DNA of 64,000 bases, from the NCBI GenBank assembly GCA_028277945.1, contig JANQFH010000008.1, positions 128,742 through 192,741 on the forward strand, given 5' to 3'. Made by a program: the position numbers and the translations under genes. Source of the stretch: Oligoflexia bacterium (GTDB lineage Bacteria; Bdellovibrionota_G; JANQFH01). Shown one piece after another: positions 1-8,459 of this stretch. The notes beneath the pieces were generated by a model, which had not been told where the DNA came from, did not search any database, and worked only from the letters and a program-made list of their open reading frames with translations. Position 1 is the first letter of the stretch. Each line of letters starts with the position of its first letter.

Positions 1-3000
1 ATAAACCAGCCTTTGGTCGCCAGAATGATCTTTATTCCGAGATCCTCAGCAGCAGATTCAAGCGTCTGCCGGTCTCGCTCGCCGCTTTTGAGCATTTGGT
101 AGAGAGCGCTTGGCTCAATGAGTTGCATGAACACTTCGCTCTCACGAGGATTCTCAGGACCCAAGGTGAAGCTCGGTTCAATTGGGGCAACTTCATCTGC
201 AGCCCAAAACTCTACTACTGCTGGATCAGGACTCTTTGGGCTTCGCCCCTGAATAAGCCGGTGCGCTTCGGGATAGCTACTACCGTATCCGTTTGCCCAC
301 TTTGGGTTAGCATAGGTGTCGTTGATCAGGCGGGTTAACTTTGTTGGATGCTCAATAGCAGCGATAACCGCTTGCCAGGTAGTGTTCCCCTCCGCTTCAA
401 GCTCGGTCTGTTTTTTCGCCCAGGCTGTTTCCACCGTATTGATCTCTGTAAAGCCAAGATGGTTGCGATAGTTTTCAAAGTTCTGTGTCACCATCATGGC
501 TGTGGCCGCATATTGAGTTATTTCATCGAGGAAATCTGCAAGCGGCGCATACGCTTCGCTCAGCAATTGTGGTGACTCCTGCTCAATCCCATCTTTTAAA
601 TCCCCGGCGGCTCGATGCTGTTTGACCTTTTCTAAGGTGTTGTAGACAAGATAGTAATCGTAGAGACCACGCATCTCCTTAAACTCCTTGGATAAGAGAA
701 ACGACGGAATGGCTGAACCGAGTGCCTCCATGACTCCTGCCTCTCCTTGCTCTTCAAGGATTTCTAGAGCACGCTCAAGATCTACTTCTAGTTCCGTGTC
801 CGCAGCCATCTCACGGATATGAAAGTAAAAGTAGTCGAAAAAGAGGGTGTTTATATAGTCTGTCAAAGTACCATCGAGCATCGCCTGCAAAAGATTGAGC
901 TTGAGCTCTTCGGTCTCTTGGGGATCGCCCCGGTCAAACTGCTTTTGGATTCCCAAAAATTCCAAGGCGGCATCCAGGCGGCCCATAAAATAGTCCGACC
1001 CTGGCAGATTATGCACAAGCTCTCTGTAGTCATTCATGGCATCGATACAGCCGTCTCTATAAGCGTCGTTGACAAGCAACGGCGTACCAACCCGGTAGTG
1101 GGCATAACCGAGGAGCGCTAAAGTGACTGCCAAGACAGTAAAACTGAGCAAACCTGCGGCAACCACGGAGCCTTCAAAGGCCAAGCCAAGCCCAGCTGCA
1201 CCCATGGCTTTCATCGCCGAAATATTAAGAAGCATGGGTATGCTCATGAAAGAGAGGGCGGTAAAACCAAGGTTCATTAGCATCGGCATGCTAAAATAAA
1301 TCTCACGGCGCACCTCCCACGCCAGCATGGATGCTTCCGTCTCGCGGCCGGTCTCACGCAGATAGTCGACCTCTTCCCAGAGTGGGTGGTTGAAGTGCAG
1401 AGTTGCCACGTGCAACGCCGTAAGCGTGATAAAGAGAGGTATACCAGAGCGAATGGCGGTTCCCGTGATAGCACCGAAGCGCTGTTTACCGCTCATGCCT
1501 GCTCCAGTTTGTGCTGCGGCTCGTGCGGCAGCCGTACGTCGTGCAGCCTCTTGCACGGCTCTATCTGCCGCGGCTCGAGCACTGCTACCTTTTGCCGCAT
1601 CTCGTAAGGCAGTGGCACGTGCCTGAGCAGCTTCGGCACGTGCTAAGGGATGGAGCCACTGTTTACTGAGAATACCAAAGTTGTCTTTGACCATTTTTGC
1701 CGTACCTGCGCCGATAAGGCCATCGGCGCTTTTAACTAAGGTCCAATCCGCCACCCGGTGGATGTAGAAAAAACCAGCAAGCGCAGCACCAAGCTCAAGC
1801 AGTCGCTCGCTGTGCACAAAGGTCTCCATAAAGCTCCTTGGCCCTTCGGTGCTCACACCAGAGAGTTTAAACATGGCGAGTAGTACGGCATCACTGAGAA
1901 TCTTGGCGCCAATAAAGTTGGTTGCTGTGGCAACATTGCGGCTTGGCGCCAGGATACGACCGGTACGCAGACAAAAGACATCAAGGCTCTTAAAGCCACC
2001 TTGACGTAGCAGCATTTCTACTGCCAAGGGTTGTTCAGGATGGTGCACAATAAACAGCAGCGGCCGTGCCCAAGCAGGAACCATGCGGACGTCGTAGAGG
2101 TTGCGCGCCGAGTTTGCTTGCCAAGTTGCGGCTGCGCGTGGATCTACTTTTTTAAGGTTGCTTGGCACCGAGCCAGCAGTGTCGGAGACGCGCTGTTCTG
2201 GCCCCATGACGTCTTGGACACGTGCCAGCCTCTCGATGCGCTCCATAGAGCTCGCATCAGAAAGCACCCTTGCCCACGCCTTGGCTTCAGCCCACGCCTC
2301 TCTTGCCTGCTGGGGGACAGAGGCAGGGGGCCTACCTCGAGATTCAATCTCGACTAAGTCGTTGCGCAGCATCTCAAGCCTTAGCTGCCCTTGGCTACCA
2401 AAGTAAGCATTGGGACTCCTGTTCAAAAGACCGCTTGCTAAGAGTCGATAGATCAAGCCATGGACTTCGAAGGAGACATAGCCAAAGATAGCAGCCGCTC
2501 GTCTGGAATTGTTCTCCAGGTTTTGCCACTCGGTGCTGTCCACCGATCTATGGCTCTCTATTGGTGGAGGCCCTGTTCTATGTCTCTCTATTTGTGGCGA
2601 CTCTGTTCTTGGATTGTCCGGATTATGATGGTTGGCTAGATCGACAATGCCCGTCAATGAACCTGTAAACAGAAGTTTCATGGGTCCGCGGGGTAGTAAC
2701 ACCCGTTTACCCTCTTCTTTTAAAGTTAAATCGCGGTACTCCTTCCAAAGCGTGCGTATCCTCTCCATCCGCTCGAACAAGGAACGCGGCATGATGTTTT
2801 TATCAAAGTGTTCTTGCGTAATCTGTTCGCTCTTTGCTTTTTCCTCCCCCAACAACTGCTTTAACTGCTTTGCCTTGCTGCGCAGGTCTTTGAGCAGTGC
2901 TTCCAGCTCGGTATTGATTTGGTTAAGCAAGCGTTGTTGACCGCTACTGAGCGATTCAAAGGGCACAGGCTCGCCATAACGGAAACTCCGTTCCACATGA

Positions 3001-3260
3001 AGACGGCTAGTACGCATCATGCCCGCCCGTGCCTTGATCCGCTTATACAGCGAACGCTTGCGGCTTTTAGGGCGAGGACTTGTCTCGGCAACAGCGCCAC
3101 GATCAGTTCCCACAGTAGCTGGGGCCTGTCTATCTTGCGCATTGGCGTGATTTGGTAGCAGTGTTGGTGGCAGTGCCATGAGCAGGGCAAGCGCGAGAGT
3201 GAGCAAATCGCCAGCCCTTAGTCTCTGCCAAATCCCTATGTACAGCAGTAAAGGTCGCAT
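1..3260 (-). CDS. Hypothetical large exported/membrane protein, partial: N-terminal ~1086 aa in window, C-terminus beyond window start. Not in the supplied ORF track because no stop codon occurs inside the window
   Basis: Manual translation of the minus strand. ATG at 3260 (in-frame stop upstream at 3351-3353). Signal-peptide-like N-terminus MRPLLLYIGIWQRLRAGDLLTLALALLMALPPTLLPNHANAQ. Frame checked codon-by-codon at 1080-1500, 2340-2460 and 3200-3353 and is open throughout. Hydrophobic membrane-like stretch near 1150-1330 (IPMLLNISAMKAMGAAGLGLAFEGSVVAAGLLSFTVLAVTLALLGYAHY). Internal 30-nt tandem repeat at 2520-2640. Confidence 0.55.
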   Translation of the reverse strand, partial: MRPLLLYIGIWQRLRAGDLLTLALALLMALPPTLLPNHANAQDRQAPATVGTDRGAVAETSPRPKSRKRSLYKRIKARAGMMRTSRLHVERSFRYGEPVPFESLSSGQQRLLNQINTELEALLKDLRSKAKQLKQLLGEEKAKSEQITQEHFDKNIMPRSLFERMERIRTLWKEYRDLTLKEEGKRVLLPRGPMKLLFTGSLTGIVDLANHHNPDNPRTESPQIERHRTGPPPIESHRSVDSTEWQNLENNSRRAAAIFGYVSFEVHGLIYRLLASGLLNRSPNAYFGSQGQLRLEMLRNDLVEIESRGRPPASVPQQAREAWAEAKAWARVLSDASSMERIERLARVQDVMGPEQRVSDTAGSVPSNLKKVDPRAAATWQANSARNLYDVRMVPAWARPLLFIVHHPEQPLAVEMLLRQGGFKSLDVFCLRTGRILAPSRNVATATNFIGAKILSDAVLLAMFKLSGVSTEGPRSFMETFVHSERLLELGAALAGFFYIHRVADWTLVKSADGLIGAGTAKMVKDNFGILSKQWLHPLARAEAAQARATALRDAAKGSSARAAADRAVQEAARRTAAARAAAQTGAGMSGKQRFGAITGTAIRSGIPLFITLTALHVATLHFNHPLWEEVDYLRETGRETEASMLAWEVRREIYFSMPMLMNLGFTALSFMSIPMLLNISAMKAMGAAGLGLAFEGSVVAAGLLSFTVLAVTLALLGYAHYRVGTPLLVNDAYRDGCIDAMNDYRELVHNLPGSDYFMGRLDAALEFLGIQKQFDRGDPQETEELKLNLLQAMLDGTLTDYINTLFFDYFYFHIREMAADTELEVDLERALEILEEQGEAGVMEALGSAIPSFLLSKEFKEMRGLYDYYLVYNTLEKVKQHRAAGDLKDGIEQESPQLLSEAYAPLADFLDEITQYAATAMMVTQNFENYRNHLGFTEINTVETAWAKKQTELEAEGNTTWQAVIAAIEHPTKLTRLINDTYANPKWANGYGSSYPEAHRLIQGRSPKSPDPAVVEFWAADEVAPIEPSFTLGPENPRESEVFMQLIEPSALYQMLKSGERDRQTLESAAEDLGIKIILATKGWF

Positions 3261-3375
3261 AACTTCCTGTATTCTCTTGGTTGTTTCTAACATCAGCTTG
3301 ATTGCAAGCCGCATACCAGGGTACAGTTGAATATAATCAATAATATTAGACTATTAGATTAATTTTTAAAGAGAT

Positions 3376-6300
3376 TTGCTAAAAAATGGGGCCGCTCTCG
3401 ACCCACTGCGACACCCAAGCCCCTTTAGCCGCTGGTTGACACAACGCGTCTTTGATGATAGGTCCGCTATTGCCCCATTTTTTTCGGAGTGGTCTATAAA
3501 TATAATGATATTAAATAGTTACATTAGAAGATGGTACCGCGTGCTGCTTTGCATAGGACTTCTAGCGGTCGCTCCACCCACCCAGCAAACCCAAGCCCAA
3601 ACCACGGACTCATCCACCTCCTCGCCGATAGAGAGACCGAAGCCCAATAACGACGAGGCGATGGCTGCTTTAGACGAGGTCATTGCCCTCTATGTCAGCT
3701 CGCTACGTGCCCGTGAGCTCGGCTCTCTTTACATGGTCTGGAGCCGGAGACAAGGAGTGGCGGATGCCACGGGAAACCCAGAGGCCAAGGGACTTGCTGC
3801 GCTAGCAGGCATGATGCATGGTCGGGCTCAGATCTTTGCGCAAGTGATTGCCATGCTTTGGGTTGCACCGCAAGAGCCACTGAATCGAGACTTCATTAAT
3901 GCAAGGCTTGAGTATTGGCTGAAGCTCTCTGGAATGCCTGTTGAGGAGGAATTCGACCCTATTGTCCATTTGCTTCAGATGGTCTTGAGCTCGACATTCG
4001 GCGAGCTAGCCATTGAGTTTAACACTTACCAAAAGTTGGTGGAGTCGTTAAATGGCATGGTACAGCAGGCATTGTCTCAGACGATTCACCTGCAAATTTT
4101 AGAGGAGGAGAGAAAACTTAAAGCGGATGCCAAGCTCATTGTTGCAGCGGAAGAAAGGGTTAACAAGGCAGCGGTAGAGTTGGAGAAAGCCGCAAACGCC
4201 GTGGAAAAAGGTCCAACCGCTCAGGCCGAACAAGTGCTCGGTCGCGCCGTGGGTGCTTTAGGAAAAGCTATGAGTGCTATTATGCAGGTCGTGGAATTTA
4301 GGCACACTGCCACAGCCTTGCCAGACGAGATGCATCCTGACTACGCTGACTCAGTGGCGGCTGTAGAGCGCGCTGTGGCTCCTTTGTTGGCAATGCACAC
4401 ACAACTTGAGACAGCTCAAAGTGATGCGCGATCCCTCCACGGCCTTGCTAAAGACCTTAAACAGAGCAAAGAGAATATCCGCGATGATAATGAAGCACAA
4501 ATTAGCCAAGCTGGGCTGAGAGGACACGGAACAGCTGCTCGCACAATGCAAGCAAGCCTTAGCGAAGGCGCTGCTAACCTAAAAGCTTACATTGAGGCGC
4601 TGGGGGAAGAGGGGGGAGCAGATCGCGAACTTCTTAAAGCGCGCTTGCGTGCGAGTAATGATCCAACGGTTCAATTTGCCATCGAGAATATGCGTTCGGT
4701 AGCGGATCATTTGGCAGCAGCTGTTGAGGTCTTTAATCCCGATGCAGACGTTGCTGTTGAAGAAACAGAGGGCGGCGACAGAAAGATTCAGCTGACGGGA
4801 GGAACCGTGTCTCTTGAAGATCTCGACAGGGGGCGTACGCACTTTCTGGAAGTAAATAAACTCTCAGTAGCCATGGAGGCGTTGGCCCAAGAAAGAATCG
4901 AATCTGGTACTGTGGATCCAAGGATACAAGAATTGCGAGCAGCTCTTGAGAGCGAAGGCGACGTACAATCGTTGGAGCAAATAAAAGCCGACTTCGAAGC
5001 CCTTTTTAGTATTGTTCGCGATCTTGCCATTGAATTGGCTGCACGTACTGGTGAGGATTCAGCGGTAGGAGCATTTCGCATGACGGGTGAAACTGTGGAA
5101 ACCGTCTACAGCCATATAGATGCTCCACAATACTCTGCTTATCGCTCTATGGAATTTCCCCTGTTTCGGCTCCACCTGACCATGGGGCCTATGAACTCGG
5201 TGCGAAGAGCTCTGGAGATTAGAAGAGAGCTGAGGCGCCTGGAGGCTTTTCTCGCAGATGAAGAAGCAACACTCCAACCTCTCTTTGCAGCCATCGAAAA
5301 AGCGCGCCAGAATATGGAAAGCGTGATGTCTCAGAGTCCGCGCGGTGATGTCCTAGCCACTCCAGTCTCGTGGTTTTCACCAGAAAGGTGCATTCAACAG
5401 ATGGGAGATACCCATGGTCTCTTTGTTGCCGGGCTCGTCGCTGGGGTTATGGATCCTACCAGTAGTACTGCGTCACGTGGCGAATGGTTGCCGACGCAGA
5501 TGCAAGGTTTTCTCTACTCAATAGGGAACTTTCTTCTTGAGGTGGCTGAGCAAATTCCCGAAGCTGAGAATATCTTTTTCAGTGCGGCCTCGGAACAACT
5601 TGCAGGCGACAGCCAAACATCACTTGCGCAGCTCTTTTGGAGGCACCTCCTCTTCCTTGTAAGACAGAGAGGAGAAAATGAAACAGCTGTACTGGCACGC
5701 ATTGCGCATTATGGCGGCGAGCCTGAACCTCTTGCGACTGACGAGCTTGCTGCCACCTATCATGCTGACTTGACTATCGCGCCCTACTATATGGAGCTAG
5801 TGGGGTATCCAGCCGATGACCCAGTCCAAATGGCCGCGCTCCCTCTCGAGGCTTATGAAAGTGCGCTAGAGTTGTGGGGGTTACTACTACCTATCCCGGA
5901 AACAGAGGCGTCACAAGCCTTTTTCCAGTTGCGCGATCCGCTAAGAGCTTGGGTCGAGGAGCAGTTCGCTATGGAGAGAGGCCGTGCCGAAGCAAGGGAG
6001 AGTTCAGAAACACCCTCCGCAACTCCTAGGGTGAACAGAGAAAGCCTTAGAGAGGCGGTGTTAAATTTGGTCACCTACCATGAAGTCTTACGCCAACGGA
6101 ACAATGAGGGATCTTTAGAAGACAAAACTGTACTAGAAGATCTGACGAATTTACTCGCTCTCTTCCTTTCAACAGCTCAAGGGCGCCCGTTAGCAATAAT
6201 GCACAGTGAAGTTCTACAGTCAGAGATCGCCGATGAGACAGATGCCAGGCTTGCACAAGCAGAAGCAGGGCGCCGCGTCATGGCAACCTTCGAACGTACA

Positions 6301-6477
6301 GGTTTAGCTACTCTCCTCAAAAACGGTGAGTTTAAGGCTTTGAAAGGTGCCACCAACGTCACCGACGCTATGGTTGCCGAATCCTTGCAAGTCCTTTGTG
6401 CCGCAACAGGGCGTAGTCGATCTCATCTAGCTTCTCTTACCAGTCGGGCCAGCGTTGTTCCCATTCGTCCACGCTAG
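3376..6477 (+). CDS. Large exported alpha-helical/coiled-coil protein (1033 aa by track; likely true start ATG 3505 giving signal peptide MILNSYIRRWYRVLLCIGLLAVAPPTQQ). C-terminal ~135 aa domain shared with the giant protein 14031-23738
   Basis: Long ORF. N-terminal hydrophobic signal-like segment. A/E/L/R-rich helical composition. C-terminus VTYHEVLRQR..LEDKTVLEDLTNLLALFLSTAQGRPL..AEAGRRV..IRPR aligns with the C-terminus of the 3235-aa protein. Confidence 0.7.
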   Translation: MLKNGAALDPLRHPSPFSRWLTQRVFDDRSAIAPFFSEWSINIMILNSYIRRWYRVLLCIGLLAVAPPTQQTQAQTTDSSTSSPIERPKPNNDEAMAALDEVIALYVSSLRARELGSLYMVWSRRQGVADATGNPEAKGLAALAGMMHGRAQIFAQVIAMLWVAPQEPLNRDFINARLEYWLKLSGMPVEEEFDPIVHLLQMVLSSTFGELAIEFNTYQKLVESLNGMVQQALSQTIHLQILEEERKLKADAKLIVAAEERVNKAAVELEKAANAVEKGPTAQAEQVLGRAVGALGKAMSAIMQVVEFRHTATALPDEMHPDYADSVAAVERAVAPLLAMHTQLETAQSDARSLHGLAKDLKQSKENIRDDNEAQISQAGLRGHGTAARTMQASLSEGAANLKAYIEALGEEGGADRELLKARLRASNDPTVQFAIENMRSVADHLAAAVEVFNPDADVAVEETEGGDRKIQLTGGTVSLEDLDRGRTHFLEVNKLSVAMEALAQERIESGTVDPRIQELRAALESEGDVQSLEQIKADFEALFSIVRDLAIELAARTGEDSAVGAFRMTGETVETVYSHIDAPQYSAYRSMEFPLFRLHLTMGPMNSVRRALEIRRELRRLEAFLADEEATLQPLFAAIEKARQNMESVMSQSPRGDVLATPVSWFSPERCIQQMGDTHGLFVAGLVAGVMDPTSSTASRGEWLPTQMQGFLYSIGNFLLEVAEQIPEAENIFFSAASEQLAGDSQTSLAQLFWRHLLFLVRQRGENETAVLARIAHYGGEPEPLATDELAATYHADLTIAPYYMELVGYPADDPVQMAALPLEAYESALELWGLLLPIPETEASQAFFQLRDPLRAWVEEQFAMERGRAEARESSETPSATPRVNRESLREAVLNLVTYHEVLRQRNNEGSLEDKTVLEDLTNLLALFLSTAQGRPLAIMHSEVLQSEIADETDARLAQAEAGRRVMATFERTGLATLLKNGEFKALKGATNVTDAMVAESLQVLCAATGRSRSHLASLTSRASVVPIRPR

Positions 6478-6731
6478 TGACCGATTGAGATATCTCGGGT
6501 CGATAGTCAGGAGTGCGGCTATTACCATTATATATATAGAATAGAGGCATGTTGGCGTTTACACATAGGGGCGGATGTTTATCAAATCCGTTACGCGGTT
6601 TGTCAAGAGCGGTAGCCGTAGGGAATGATTGAAATAATTGAGAAAAAATAAGTGCAACGATTTGTTGACGGCATGCCTCTGTCGTGGAATAACTCCTTGG
6701 CCCAAACACCGTTTTAAGAAAGGAAGATGAG

Positions 6732-7382
6732 ATGGATCGACTGACAAAGACCCTGAAGCCTGGCTCGTGGCTTCTGATGCAGCTGCTGGTTTTGGCCTGC
6801 TGTCTGTTGCTGGTATCAGCAGGTGCTAAACAGCTGCAAGCCGAGGATGCCGCTCAAATCAAGGTAGCGCAAGGTGAGCATCCAGGTACAGAGCACCCAG
6901 GCAGCGATGATGTGAAAGAAGACGAAGAAGACGAAGAGAAGAAGAAAAAGAAGAAAAAGAAAAAGCGTGAGCATCCAGGAGAGAAGAAGAAAGAACACCC
7001 GGGCAGCACTGCGACCAATTTTACCGCCAAAGATATCAAAACTGCGATGATGAACCACATTAAGGCCAAGACCAAAAACACCAATGGTGTCTTCCGCATC
7101 AAAGATGAGAAGGCCAACAAGACGCTCTTTCTCGAGTTTGTAAAGATCCACGATCCTGTGCGCAAGATTGCCGGTAAGGGTTACTTTGCCTGTACCGACT
7201 TTCATCCTGTGGGCGAAGATGCCACCAAGCTATACGATCTCGACTTTTGGCTGAACCCCAAAGACGGTCGTTTGCAGGTCACCAAGACCGCGATCCACAA
7301 GCATCCACACAGACAGGCATCCAAGTGGGTCAAGAAGGCGCGTTATACCTTCATTGATGATAAACCCGTAGAAATTAACTAA
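6732..7382 (+). CDS. Secreted low-complexity protein with four EHPG repeats and a poly-Lys/Glu tract. Stop overlaps the start of the transglutaminase-like gene by 2 nt (operon)
   Basis: Signal peptide LLMQLLVLACCLLLVSAGA. Repeat region GEHPGTEHPGSDDVKEDEEDEEKKKKKKKKKREHPGEKKKEHPGS. AGGAAG RBS upstream of ATG. Confidence 0.6.
   Translation: MDRLTKTLKPGSWLLMQLLVLACCLLLVSAGAKQLQAEDAAQIKVAQGEHPGTEHPGSDDVKEDEEDEEKKKKKKKKKREHPGEKKKEHPGSTATNFTAKDIKTAMMNHIKAKTKNTNGVFRIKDEKANKTLFLEFVKIHDPVRKIAGKGYFACTDFHPVGEDATKLYDLDFWLNPKDGRLQVTKTAIHKHPHRQASKWVKKARYTFIDDKPVEIN
6919..6975 (+). repeat. Simple trinucleotide (GAA/AAG)n tract encoding the E/K run of the EHPG protein
   Basis: gaagaagacgaagaagacgaagagaagaagaaaaagaagaaaaagaaaaagcgtgag read directly. 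Confidence 0.7.
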
Positions 7383-7384
7383 GC

Positions 7385-8443
7385 GTGATGCAGCCAAGAG
7401 AACTACTTAACATCAGTCACCGCCGGCAAGGTTTTATCCTTGCCGGCGTTCTCTTTGTCTCTCTGATTTTGCTGCCGGATCGCACAGCGGCAAAAATAGA
7501 GCCACTAAAGTACGAAGGTTCAGGCCGCAAGGTTGATTTTACCTACTTAGTGACCATCGAGTTGGATAAGGCCGCTAAGGCTCCTGTGGACATCTTTCTG
7601 CCGCTGGCATCCAGCAATGAAAAGCAAGAGGTGCTGCGACAGACCGTGCGGGCTAATGGCATTCCCGGAATCATCAAAACCGATGCTAAATATGGCAACA
7701 GGTTTTGGCACGGTCGTTTAGAAAAACCAGGAGGCACCTCCTCAATCCAGATCTCGGTGGACTACACGGTTAAACGCGATGTCTTTCGCCATCCACTGCA
7801 ACTCTCGGGCGTTAGTGCTAAAGTCTATAGTCGTGGCGAGTTAGCGCAGTGGCAGGCTTTTCTGGAACCCAACCGACTTACTCCCACCTCTGGGCCATTT
7901 ATTGATCGAGTTCGTAAAGATCTACCCCAGGGAGGCAAAACGCCTTTGGAGCGGGCGCGTATTATCTACGACTTTGTCATCGACAACATGACCTACAAAA
8001 AGACCGGCAAAGGCTGGGGTAATGGCTCTACTGAGTGGGCCTGTAGCAAAAAGTATGGCAACTGCACCGACTTTCACGCGCTGTTTATCTCCTTAGCGCG
8101 CGCTGAAGGCATTCCTGCGCGGTTTGGCATTGGCTTTCCCATACCCGAAGACAAGGCAGCAGGAAAGATTTCTGGCTACCACTGTTGGGTGGACTTCTAT
8201 CTTCCCAGTGCTGGCTGGTTTCCTATTGATGCGTCTGAGGCGTGGAAGAATCCAAAGCGGCGTGATCTCTACTTTGGTACGCAGCCGGCAGATCGAGTTG
8301 CCTTTACTGTGGGGCGGGACTTACGACTAGGCGATGCCCACAAGAGTGAGCCGCTAAACTACTTCATCTATCCGCACTTAGAGGTTGGTGGCAAACCGTA
8401 CGATCGTTGGCAAGCCTCCTTTGCCTTCAAGGATAAGACGTAG
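7385..8443 (+). CDS. Transglutaminase-like superfamily (Cys-His-Asp papain-like) protein with N-terminal signal/TM anchor
   Basis: Motifs KKYGNCTDFHALF (catalytic Cys context), GYHCWVDFYLP (His) and FPIDASE (Asp) typical of transglutaminase-like cysteine proteases. N-terminal hydrophobic segment FILAGVLFVSLILL. Confidence 0.8.
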   Translation: MMQPRELLNISHRRQGFILAGVLFVSLILLPDRTAAKIEPLKYEGSGRKVDFTYLVTIELDKAAKAPVDIFLPLASSNEKQEVLRQTVRANGIPGIIKTDAKYGNRFWHGRLEKPGGTSSIQISVDYTVKRDVFRHPLQLSGVSAKVYSRGELAQWQAFLEPNRLTPTSGPFIDRVRKDLPQGGKTPLERARIIYDFVIDNMTYKKTGKGWGNGSTEWACSKKYGNCTDFHALFISLARAEGIPARFGIGFPIPEDKAAGKISGYHCWVDFYLPSAGWFPIDASEAWKNPKRRDLYFGTQPADRVAFTVGRDLRLGDAHKSEPLNYFIYPHLEVGGKPYDRWQASFAFKDKT

Positions 8444-8459
8444 CAGAATTAGGTGGAAG

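Noticed and set aside
96-3158. Several short plus-strand ORFs (96-338, 819-1121, 2031-2406, 2632-3158) in the otherwise empty-looking first 3.3 kb
   Set aside because: All lie antisense to the long minus-strand gene 1-3260 identified by manual translation.
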